Of a stretch of 64,000 nt of DNA, positions 56,189 through 64,000 are shown piece after piece. How positions within the stretch are numbered: the first letter of the stretch is position 1; every line of letters begins with the position of its first letter. A program made the translations under genes and the position numbers. Under the pieces are notes generated by a model. It was not told where the DNA came from. It did no database searches and saw only the letters and a program-made list of their open reading frames with translations. Origin of the DNA: a virus; the IMG/VR virus record IMGVR_UViG_3300037808_001133, positions 4,601 through 68,600 of that record; one strand, given 5' to 3'.

Positions 56189-56859
56189 TGCGTATACCTC
56201 GGCGCGATCAGAACAAGGTTGTTCGGTGTCGCGTTCTCGTAGCAGTGCTCCCAGCCGTCCTCGTTAATGTCCTGGCCAGGCATGGGAATGAACGCGTAGC
56301 GATTGTCGGCCAAGCACCACGCACGCAGACGCGTCAGCAGGGTCCAGTCGGCAATCGTGCGGTAGTCCCTGTGCCGAACGTCGAGTCGGTCGGCGACTTC
56401 GCCTTCGCCGAGCCTGACGGCTTGCACCGAGAAGCGCCACTGACCGTCAGGTGTCGAGGCTCGGAGGATGTACTTGTCCAGAAGTTCGCTGGTCGCAGCC
56501 GTGGGAGGCGCTCCAGGGAGGCCGTTATCGAGGACAGGGTTCCCCGCCCTAGTCTCAAGCATTTCCTTTAGCAGCCCGATAGGCGGCACCCTGGGCGGGT
56601 GTCGCTGGACCTCGTCCTGAAGCGCTTCAAATAACGGTCGCTGGTTGTCCGGCGTGTTGTTCCTGGCGAACTCCCAACGCGTGATCCCCGTAGCCGGACG
56701 CCACTGGCGAACCGGCACCGTGACCTTCGGCTTGTGCCAGTCGAACAGGCGCGTCGCTTGAGGTTTGAGCATGACCCGCATTGACCCGTCGGGCTGGTGC
56801 CGACAAATCTCCGTGCCGTCTCTGGCGAGCTTGGTGAAGTGTTTCGCTGCGCCATTCAT
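56185..56859 (-). CDS. hypothetical protein
   Basis: Coupled on both sides; RL.V.H......W..L..L....P motif common in phage proteins. Confidence 0.6.
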   Translation of the reverse strand: MNGAAKHFTKLARDGTEICRHQPDGSMRVMLKPQATRLFDWHKPKVTVPVRQWRPATGITRWEFARNNTPDNQRPLFEALQDEVQRHPPRVPPIGLLKEMLETRAGNPVLDNGLPGAPPTAATSELLDKYILRASTPDGQWRFSVQAVRLGEGEVADRLDVRHRDYRTIADWTLLTRLRAWCLADNRYAFIPMPGQDINEDGWEHCYENATPNNLVLIAPRYTQ

Positions 56860-57596
56860 AGTGCGACTCGCTCCATGATGTACGACACCGTGCCACCGGA
56901 CGAAATGATCCCTCGGTTGTCGTCCAGGACCTTGTCGAGCGGTAGGCCCAGGCTCTCAACACCGACGCTGCCGTTCGTGCAGACGTAGAGGTATGGTCGC
57001 TCGTTCTCGTTCTCGCTCAGCGGCTCCCCGTCGAAGTAGACAGCTGCGTAGGCGACACCGCTCCAGTAGGCGTTCGCGAAACCCCGGTCTGACTTGTAGA
57101 CCCGGAGCGACACCTCGCCCAGATGGTTGTCACCACCAATGTCCTTCAGCGTCACGGTCGAGAAAGGAAGCGACATAATCGAGGCGAGTTCGTCGCGAGC
57201 TAGGTCGGGCAGCACGTCAATCGGAATGCTCAGCGACTCGACGTAGTGGTTCACGCGTTCGCGCAGCGATACCCGCTGGCTCTCGTCAGCCGACAAGGCG
57301 CAGAGGCCGAGGTAGTCTTCGCGCTCGGGGTCGTCAGCGGTGAAGACACCCGGGCCAGCGTAGTGAGCCAGCGCGACCTTCTCGCTGACGCTTCCTCGCT
57401 CAAGGTACTGGAGGCTCGCGGGGTCTGCGCCGCCGCTCATGAGTCGCGAGGCAAGCATGGCCTCGTCGCCCTCAAGACCAAGCGCGACAGACGCGGCTCG
57501 CGCCTGGTCGTTGGTGAGGAGTTTCTTCTGACGGGCGTCTTCGATCATTGCGCGGAGCTCGGCGAGAGCTTCGGGCTTGGTGGCGGTTTCAGTCAT
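56856..57596 (-). CDS. hypothetical protein
   Basis: AAGGAGG SD, ATG at 57596. Confidence 0.65.
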   Translation of the reverse strand: MTETATKPEALAELRAMIEDARQKKLLTNDQARAASVALGLEGDEAMLASRLMSGGADPASLQYLERGSVSEKVALAHYAGPGVFTADDPEREDYLGLCALSADESQRVSLRERVNHYVESLSIPIDVLPDLARDELASIMSLPFSTVTLKDIGGDNHLGEVSLRVYKSDRGFANAYWSGVAYAAVYFDGEPLSENENERPYLYVCTNGSVGVESLGLPLDKVLDDNRGIISSGGTVSYIMERVAL

Positions 57597-57883
57597 ACGG
57601 TTCGTCCCTCCTTGGGACAGCAGTTGCAGTGGTGTTTGATCCAGTTGGGCCCGGGACGAACGTAGTCCCAGGTGAGTCCGACGGCGTCGCGTTCGTGAAG
57701 GCACTCGGCGACAGCTGGCGGCAAGAGAGTATCCGGGTCCTGACCGACAGGAACCCAGAAGTGAAAGTGAGCCCCATGGGGCCCCGCCAACGTAGCGTCG
57801 GCGAGGACCCCTGCGAACACGTCAGGGAACGGCGTGTCGCGGTAGTCACGAAAGGCGTGGCGAAGGTCGGCGTAAGAGGTCAC
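57593..57883 (-). CDS. hypothetical protein
   Basis: GGAGG SD; GTGA-coupled. Confidence 0.55.
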   Translation of the reverse strand: MTSYADLRHAFRDYRDTPFPDVFAGVLADATLAGPHGAHFHFWVPVGQDPDTLLPPAVAECLHERDAVGLTWDYVRPGPNWIKHHCNCCPKEGRTV

Positions 57884-58068
57884 GCTTGCCGCGCCTCCCA
57901 TGCGCGGACAAGCGCCGCACGGGCAAGGTCCGCGCTCGTCGCACCTTGCCCCGCCTGGACGTCCCGTGGGACGTAGGAGAAGCCGCACTTGCAGCACTGG
58001 ACTTGGTCTATGTCCACGTCCCACTCGGCGTCGCAGAGGCACGCAGGCTTAGGCTGCGTCCCCGGCAC
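57880..58068 (-). CDS. small zinc-ribbon protein
   Basis: AGGAGGAG SD; CLC...CCKC. Confidence 0.55.
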   Translation of the reverse strand: MPGTQPKPACLCDAEWDVDIDQVQCCKCGFSYVPRDVQAGQGATSADLARAALVRAWEARQA

Positions 58069-58807
58069 CGGTCTCCTCCTTCGTGGGGCCGACGTTGCGG
58101 TTGGTCTTCTCGGGTGCGGTCACGACGACCTTGCCACCCTTCGCGGCACGCGGGCTCTTCTTGGTGAGGTTGACCTTGACCGCGACCGCAGCGATCGAAC
58201 GCTTGAGCCCCTTCCGGTCGAGGGCGAACGCGTCGGACGGGTCGAGCTTCGCGAACGCGATCAGGGTCTTGATCTCCTTCGCGGTCTCGCGGTCGAGCAC
58301 GGGGCAAGTCGCGAGCTTCGCTAGCAAGTCGAGACCACCGGGGTCTGCCTTGCCCTTGCGCCCGAGCGGGACGTCTTGCAGCTGGCGCTTCACGCGCTCG
58401 CCCCACTCGACAAGCTCAGCCGGTGGGCGCTCCTCGTCGGTGGTCGTGATCTCCCACTCCGACACGCCAGCCGTGAGACCCGGCTTCACCTCAAGCTTCG
58501 TCAGTAGCTCGCGACCCGCACCCGTCTTCGGGATCAGGTAGAAGCCGTCTCCCATTGGCGCGGTCATGAACTGACGGCGGAACTCCTCGCGAACCCTCGC
58601 CTGCTCACGCTGCATTTCTTTCGTGTGCTCGTGGGCCTCCTTGCTAATGAAGTGAGACCCGACGCCGCGAATCAATCCGCCCGCCTCCGTTTCGGTCGGG
58701 AGCTCCTCGAGGCCGAGGTCCAACGCCTTGTTCGATTTCACTCCTCGGGCAAAGCTCATGTGTAGCCTGCCGACGATAAGAACGGTTCTCTCGTTTGGGT
58801 TTGTCAT
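58049..58807 (-). CDS. helical protein of the AAA module (DUF3150-like position)
   Basis: TAATG-coupled; GFYLIP motif. Confidence 0.6.
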   Translation of the reverse strand: MTNPNERTVLIVGRLHMSFARGVKSNKALDLGLEELPTETEAGGLIRGVGSHFISKEAHEHTKEMQREQARVREEFRRQFMTAPMGDGFYLIPKTGAGRELLTKLEVKPGLTAGVSEWEITTTDEERPPAELVEWGERVKRQLQDVPLGRKGKADPGGLDLLAKLATCPVLDRETAKEIKTLIAFAKLDPSDAFALDRKGLKRSIAAVAVKVNLTKKSPRAAKGGKVVVTAPEKTNRNVGPTKEETGAGDAA

Positions 58808-59040
58808 TAGTGTTCTCCGTGAAGGTGGTTGTGCTTGGTCGTCGTGGTCGTGCCGTCGTTGTTCAAGTAGGTGTGGACGTGGTCGCCGATATGCCGCTCC
58901 TCGACGTCGCCGAGCGCGTCGGAGATTTTGAGGGTGAGGTCTTCCAGCGCAGCTGCGTCTGACTTCTGCCTACGCCCCTCGGGTAGCCTGATCGTTGCCT
59001 TGCCGTCAACGACCTCGATAGTGAAATTGATTTGTGCCAT
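58807..59040 (-). CDS. DUF2997-like small protein
   Basis: INFTI...DG......G........T..I..ALG.V.ER. Confidence 0.55.
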   Translation of the reverse strand: MAQINFTIEVVDGKATIRLPEGRRQKSDAAALEDLTLKISDALGDVEERHIGDHVHTYLNNDGTTTTTKHNHLHGEH

Positions 59041-59052
59041 GGCTTTCCTTCC

Positions 59053-59280
59053 TTACCTGTTCACGGAGACGTTGAGCTTGTTGCCGACGCGGCGAATGAT
59101 CGCGCCAGGCGAGAGGCGTTGGACGGTGGCAATGCTCGTGAGCACTCCCGCCTCGTCCAGAACGCGCTTTGCGTCCAGGCGGGTGAGGTCTCCCTCGACG
59201 GGAAGCCCGAGGTTGACCCGAGCCCTCTTGTTGATCTCGGTGTCGGGGACTTTGATTTTGACGAGTGTGTAGCAGGCCAT
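59053..59280 (-). CDS. Ycf35/DUF1257-like small protein
   Basis: AAGGAG SD; MACYTLVKIKVPD....RA...LG. Confidence 0.5.
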   Translation of the reverse strand: MACYTLVKIKVPDTEINKRARVNLGLPVEGDLTRLDAKRVLDEAGVLTSIATVQRLSPGAIIRRVGNKLNVSVNR

Positions 59281-59290
59281 GCCTTGCTCC

Positions 59291-60817
59291 TTAGACGCTT
59301 GCGCCGCGACGGCGACGACGAGGGGTTGAGGTGACGACGGACAGTGGTGCGGTGGCAAGGCGAGCGCGGCCGCTCGTTGCCCATTTGCGAAGCGCTGTGA
59401 TTTCCTTCTCCATGGTCTTGCTGATCGGGCTCGTGTTCTTGAGCGCCTCCTCAACGTCGCCGACCTTGAGCTTGCGTGCCTTGTCGGCGAACGCGGTGAA
59501 CAGTCCGTCGATCACAGCTTGCTCAAGCTCCGCACCGGAGTAACCTTCCGACGCTTTGACGAGGCGTGTAACCTCCGACTTGGTGAGCTTGCGGTCGCGC
59601 CGCGCCAAGTGAATGCCCAGGATCGTTTCGCGCTCCTCGACGTTCGGTAGGTCAACGAAGAAGATTTCGTCGAAGCGCCCCTTGCGCAGAAGCTCGGGCG
59701 GGAGGTTCTCAATCTTGTTCGCCGTCGCGACGACGAATACCGGGGCGGTCTTCTCTTGAAGCCACGTCAACAGTGTCCCGAACACGCGTTGCCCAACGCC
59801 CGAGTCGCCACCGCCGCCACTGGACCCCGCGAGCCCCTTCTCAATCTCGTCAACCCAGAGGACGGCAGGGGCGCACGCCTCGGCGGCTGCGAGCGCCGCT
59901 CTGATCTGTTGCTCGCTCTGACCGACCAGGCTCCCCATGACCTTGCCTATGTCCAGGCGAATGAGCGGCAGGCCCCACGAGCGGGCAATCTCCTTCGCGC
60001 TCAAGCTCTTGCCGCACCCGGGAATACCGACGCACAAGACACCCTTCGGCTCGGGCAGTCCGAACGCACGAGCCTTCGCCGAGTTGAACGATTCGCAGCG
60101 CGGCTTCAGCCAGCCCTTGAAGACGTCCAGGCCACCGACTTCCGCAGCTGCTTCGTTCTCAAAACTGATCGCGCCCTTGAGTTGCTCCGTGACCTTGATT
60201 GCCTTTTGCTTTCGCAGCCAGGCAACGTCGAGCAGTTCGTTCTCGACCCAGCACAGGTTGAACAACCGGTTCGCCTGGTGACGGTCGAGGCCCGCGACAG
60301 CGCTCGCGATCGAATAGCGGCGCTCGGGTTTCTCGTCGCCCTCGCGCTGCTCAAGGAAGTCGGCAAGCTCCTCAAGCAACTCGTCGACGGTTGGGAGCGT
60401 CGGGGTCACCAACTCGCAGTCACCGTAGAGCAAGTCGGGGATCTCGGTCTTCGGGTTCTCGATAAGAACGAGTCGCGAGAACCCTTCACCTTGCCGCTGC
60501 TGCAAAGCGATCTCGCGAATGAGCCTGACCGCAGCTGGGTTCTGCCCGTAGACCGAAAGCATATCGGCCATGACAACGACGTCGGGGCGTTGCGAGCTCA
60601 ACGTGTCGAGGGTCGTGTTTGCTTCCGGGTCAGCCGCAGACATAAACGCTCGCTCCTCCCACGTCTTCCCGTTCTCGATATCGGTTCGCTCGAGAGCCTC
60701 GGCGAACGGTCGCGCCGCGTCGATCGCTGCGCTCCTTGCTAGTTCCTCGTCAGCGTCTTGCACGATCACGACGAACGAGCAGCTGAGTCTGTTTGCGATT
60801 TCCTGGGCCAAAGACAT
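59291..60817 (-). CDS. Ycf46-like AAA+ ATPase
   Basis: VGGL...[21 protein letters not shown] and [20 protein letters not shown]; GGAGG SD before ATG 60817. Confidence 0.9.
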   Translation of the reverse strand: MSLAQEIANRLSCSFVVIVQDADEELARSAAIDAARPFAEALERTDIENGKTWEERAFMSAADPEANTTLDTLSSQRPDVVVMADMLSVYGQNPAAVRLIREIALQQRQGEGFSRLVLIENPKTEIPDLLYGDCELVTPTLPTVDELLEELADFLEQREGDEKPERRYSIASAVAGLDRHQANRLFNLCWVENELLDVAWLRKQKAIKVTEQLKGAISFENEAAAEVGGLDVFKGWLKPRCESFNSAKARAFGLPEPKGVLCVGIPGCGKSLSAKEIARSWGLPLIRLDIGKVMGSLVGQSEQQIRAALAAAEACAPAVLWVDEIEKGLAGSSGGGGDSGVGQRVFGTLLTWLQEKTAPVFVVATANKIENLPPELLRKGRFDEIFFVDLPNVEERETILGIHLARRDRKLTKSEVTRLVKASEGYSGAELEQAVIDGLFTAFADKARKLKVGDVEEALKNTSPISKTMEKEITALRKWATSGRARLATAPLSVVTSTPRRRRRGASV

Positions 60818-60840
60818 TGGGACCTCCTGGGTCACTTCGG

Positions 60841-61093
60841 TTACGTGTCACGCCGGCCAACGTGGTCGGCGCGTGTGTAAGGCGGGAGCAGCTGACGTCT
60901 TCCACCACAGTCAGCTGCTCCCTGGAGTCGACCTAGAACAACCAGGTCTATGAGAGCGAGGGGAGTTGCACCTCTCGCCGCCACCGGGCGGGCTCGGCCT
61001 AACGCCGACGCTCTCTTGCGCGTTGCTCGCGAGCGAGGATCTTTCGCTCCTCGCGAGCGCAGCGCCACACTAGGAGCGCGAGGGCTCCTAGTG
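60841..61093. ncRNA. hairpin-rich intergenic element, ncRNA candidate
   Basis: At least five stems, including 13-bp and 10-bp perfect inverted repeats. Confidence 0.45.
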
Positions 61094-61111
61094 CGAACGC
61101 CACGGCTCCGA

Positions 61112-62074
61112 TCAACCGTTCGCCTTCACAGCGACCTTGCGCACCTCGACCAGCAGGATCTGACGAACGACCTCAGCCCACTCGGTGTCCTTGAAGGACG
61201 CCTTGGTCTCACCGGTCTTCGCCGCGACGAGGTCGAGCAACTCAGGCGCCTTCATGGCGGTCAGCTTCTCGCCGCGCTTGATCCACTTCGCGTCGGTCTT
61301 CAGGATCTCCTCGGAGGTCTTCAACACGTTCGCCTCGACGAGTCCCTCGCGGGCCTCGGCGAGTTGCTTCTCCAAGCGCTCGATCTTGGCGGTCAAACGG
61401 TCAACCGCCTTCTCGCCACTCGTGCGACGCGGCGAGTTCGTGCGGGTCAACTCAAACACCTCAAAGCCCTTCGGGTTCCTGCGCAGCCCGTCGATCGTCG
61501 CGAACTCACCCTTGCTGTTCTTGTAGAGGAAGAGTTGCCACGGCGAGTTCCTCACGTTGAGCAAAGTCTGCATGGCCTTGGCTGGCGAGCACTCGCCGTC
61601 CATGTCGTCCATGACGACCTTGCCGTTCACGAGCAGCTTGCCCTTGAACTCCTTCTCGCCGCGCTTGAGAAACACGTTCACCGGCTTGGTGATCGTGAGC
61701 GTGGACTCCTTCGTCGCCTTGGACCGTCCGCTCTTCTTGGTCTTGCCCTTGGCCTTCTTCAACGTCGCGCTTGCGACCTCGGCGAACCGCTCGCGGCGCT
61801 TCGCCTTGGACACCTTCTCGCCAAGCAGTTCGAACAAGAGCTTGAGCGCGTCGTTGGGCTTGGTGCCCTTCTCGGTGACACCCTCTGCGAGCAACGTACA
61901 CAGCTGGCGCGTGAGCTTGTCGCGGTTCATTCCGACGATCGCGCTGAACGGGATCTCGGGTAGCAACGCAGCCGCGACGTTCCTGAGTTCACCAGCCGTG
62001 AGGTCAGTCAGTGTCTTGGGCTCGTTCTTGTCGGCGGTCTTGTCGGCGGTCTTGGTCTTGGTGGCGGTAGTCAT
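61112..62074 (-). CDS. Lys-rich DNA-binding protein with RAMA-like domain and two HeH-like motifs
   Basis: KEFKGKLLVNGKV...CSPAKAM...NSPWQLF....G....IDGLR; U-rich leader plus GGAG SD. Confidence 0.65.
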   Translation of the reverse strand: MTTATKTKTADKTADKNEPKTLTDLTAGELRNVAAALLPEIPFSAIVGMNRDKLTRQLCTLLAEGVTEKGTKPNDALKLLFELLGEKVSKAKRRERFAEVASATLKKAKGKTKKSGRSKATKESTLTITKPVNVFLKRGEKEFKGKLLVNGKVVMDDMDGECSPAKAMQTLLNVRNSPWQLFLYKNSKGEFATIDGLRRNPKGFEVFELTRTNSPRRTSGEKAVDRLTAKIERLEKQLAEAREGLVEANVLKTSEEILKTDAKWIKRGEKLTAMKAPELLDLVAAKTGETKASFKDTEWAEVVRQILLVEVRKVAVKANG

Positions 62075-62143
62075 TTGAATCTCCAGTAAAAGTAAAAGTG
62101 AAAGTGACCAGTCTCTTCATAGCCGGGTAGGTCAGGTCCCGAC

Positions 62144-62165
62144 GACGTTCCCCCGTGGGAACGTT
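62144..62165. other. intergenic stem-loop
   Basis: ACGTTCCC-CCGT-GGGAACGT. Confidence 0.45.
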
Positions 62166-62169
62166 TCGA

Positions 62170-62781
62170 CTAGCGCCGACCGTGGAAGGCGCAGAGCGAA
62201 GGGTGGTGATCGCACGAGCAGTCAGCGAGCGTTGCGTGCGACCGGTAGGTCACCGAGGTCACAGGCACGGGCTGCGCAACCGGCACGTCAGGCAACGCGG
62301 TCTGAACGTAGAGCGCGAGGTCCGAGGCAATGACGTCAGGTTCCCATTGCTCCCAAACGTCCTCGCCGTCTTGGTGCTCCTGCTCGTCAACAGCTTCAAG
62401 CAGCAACTCGACGACGCGCTTCACAGCTGCACCCTTCGGACTCGACGCGAGTGCGTGTAGCTCAAGCGAGTTCATGGTCTCTTCGAACGCCGACAAGACC
62501 GGCGCCCGCGTGAACTCTTCTGGCTCGTCGTCGTCGGGGTCGCTTGCGCCCATAACGAACGTCAGCTTCCCTCCCGTGGTCAGGAACTCCACGCCGACCT
62601 CGATAACGTAGGTCCTCCACAGCGCGGGGCCGGGCGTCAACATGAGCCACTCGTGGTCCTCGCGTGGCGCGTGGTCGGCGGCGTCACCCGGGTAGTTCGA
62701 CCCGTCGTAGTCACCCGCCCCGTAGCGGGCGTCCATGATTGCCTTGACCAGTGCTTCGCGTGTTCGCTTCGTGCCGATCAT
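62170..62781 (-). CDS. acidic hypothetical protein
   Basis: AGGAGGT SD; ATGA-coupled. Confidence 0.65.
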   Translation of the reverse strand: MIGTKRTREALVKAIMDARYGAGDYDGSNYPGDAADHAPREDHEWLMLTPGPALWRTYVIEVGVEFLTTGGKLTFVMGASDPDDDEPEEFTRAPVLSAFEETMNSLELHALASSPKGAAVKRVVELLLEAVDEQEHQDGEDVWEQWEPDVIASDLALYVQTALPDVPVAQPVPVTSVTYRSHATLADCSCDHHPSLCAFHGRR

Positions 62782-63041
62782 GCAGCACCTCCTTTGCGTT
62801 CGTTGTCAATTAGTCGGGTCGGTACTCGGTCGGGGTCGTAGCCAGCGAGGTCGATCATTCGCCAGCAGCCGGCGCACGGTCGCCACAGCAGGAGGCGAAC
62901 GCCCCCGTCGTCGAAGGTCACCTTGAGCACGTCGTCTCCGTAGCTCGTCGGTTCAAGCTTGCAGTCGTCGCGCTCCCAATCGAAGCGGGCAATGTGCATG
63001 CGCTCGCGCTCGCGCCGTGCTGCCTTGCTCGACCGACTCAT
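62778..63041 (-). CDS. hypothetical protein
   Basis: ATGA-coupled start at 63041. Confidence 0.5.
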   Translation of the reverse strand: MSRSSKAARRERERMHIARFDWERDDCKLEPTSYGDDVLKVTFDDGGVRLLLWRPCAGCWRMIDLAGYDPDRVPTRLIDNERKGGAA

Positions 63042-63280
63042 GCCGTCACGTCCGGTCTTTGAATCCTGGCCCAGAGCACATGAAAGGGAACGTCGGTGAG
63101 CGACTCGACGCAACCGTTGAACGGCTCGTTGCGGAAGTCTTCGCTCCCGTGTTCCTTCAGCGCGTGAAGCAGGACCGCCTCGGTCACGCCCGGGACAGCC
63201 AGGACCTCTCGCAGGACCTCGCAGGCAAGGTCGCTTGCGTCGTCGTTGTCGCCGATCATTTGCTTGACGAGGTCGCTCAC
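63038..63280 (-). CDS. hypothetical protein
   Basis: GGAAGGT SD; GTGA-coupled. Confidence 0.55.
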   Translation of the reverse strand: MSDLVKQMIGDNDDASDLACEVLREVLAVPGVTEAVLLHALKEHGSEDFRNEPFNGCVESLTDVPFHVLWARIQRPDVTA

Positions 63281-63918
63281 GCGACACCTTCCTTCGTGGC
63301 GAACATTACGACGACGAGTTTGGCGAGCTTGGACTTGAGTCGCGTCCTGCACTGACTCGCGTTCTCAAGGTTGGCGTGGTCCCAACGAACCCGGTCCTGC
63401 GCCAGGAAACCTTTGCCGTAGGTCACGCCGATTCGGTTGAGCTCCAAGCTCACGTCAATACCTTCGTTCGTCGCGGGGTTCGTGAACAACGACACCGAGT
63501 AACCGGTGACCCGGTTCACGCGCTCGCAGCTGGTCCGGTTCGTGTTGATTGCCTCGGGGTTCCACGTCCCGATCACTTCGCCGTTGAAGACCACGTCTCC
63601 CTCGGGGCATTGCTCAAGGTCGTTACCGTCGAGCTTCGCGAACTTGAGCTTGCTGAAGACTCGCCCTTGGTCGAGCGCCCAAGTCTCAACGCCGCGCTTC
63701 GCGCTCTTGCGCCCGTCGCTCGTGAGCGACCAGGCGTCGCATGCGCCGTGGACATAACCAGGGTCGACCTCGACGAGTCCGAGCGCGACAAGCTTGCGAA
63801 CACGCGAGCGCGTCCCGGATACCGAAAGGCTCAGCGACTCGGCAAGCTCGTAGGCGTCGCACATGCCGTTCGCGTGGATTGCCTGTAGCGTCTCGACTTG
63901 TTTCTTTGAAAGGTTCAC
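63277..63918 (-). CDS. winged-HTH domain protein
   Basis: AYELAESLSLSVSGTRSRVRKLVALGLV...WSLT..G; AAGGAG SD. Confidence 0.75.
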   Translation of the reverse strand: MNLSKKQVETLQAIHANGMCDAYELAESLSLSVSGTRSRVRKLVALGLVEVDPGYVHGACDAWSLTSDGRKSAKRGVETWALDQGRVFSKLKFAKLDGNDLEQCPEGDVVFNGEVIGTWNPEAINTNRTSCERVNRVTGYSVSLFTNPATNEGIDVSLELNRIGVTYGKGFLAQDRVRWDHANLENASQCRTRLKSKLAKLVVVMFATKEGVA

Positions 63919-64000
63919 GGGGTCAACTCCTTGTTGGTTTGAAAGGCGTGGTGGAAGAATGCCGTTGACCGACGGCGGGCGGGTGGATTCGATCCACAGC

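Noticed and set aside
63960-64000. tRNA T-arm-like hairpin GTGG-ATCGAAT-CCAC on the minus strand
   Set aside because: Non-canonical loop, no CCA end, and cut by the window edge, so it cannot be supported.
1-64000. Genome-wide stop-codon reassignment
   Set aside because: TAG, TGA and TAA all terminate clearly full-length conserved genes.

Overview
A 64-kb segment of a high-GC tailed dsDNA phage (siphovirus-like: long tape measure, tail tube, no sheath) in two convergent arms. The plus-strand arm (about 2.0-39.3 kb) encodes GroES, portal, a minor head protein with an ADP-ribosyltransferase domain, a 7-kb block of fibre/decoration-like genes, protease-scaffold, major capsid, neck, tail, baseplate and fibre genes. 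The minus-strand arm (39.3-64 kb) encodes an HNH endonuclease, a 7-deazaguanine (preQ0) DNA-modification pathway (folE, queC, queD, queE, two tandem TGT/DpdA-like paralogues, ParB-like), a Sak4-like recombinase, DnaB, a replication initiator with internal repeats, a Ycf46/Ycf35/DUF2997-like module and a RAMA-domain protein. I found no terminase, endolysin, integrase, CRISPR array or clear tRNA. The strongest unexplained signals are: (1) near-total avoidance of the asymmetric 4-mer GATG/CATC except in two structural islands; (2) a duplicated TGT-like gene plus a Cys-His-Asp enzyme coupled between queD and queE; (3) a branched non-coding element capped by C-GNA-G triloops (39.85-40.13 kb); (4) a second hairpin-rich intergenic element (60.84-61.09 kb). 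All family assignments come from motif recognition by eye, not database searches, and all motif counts are manual.
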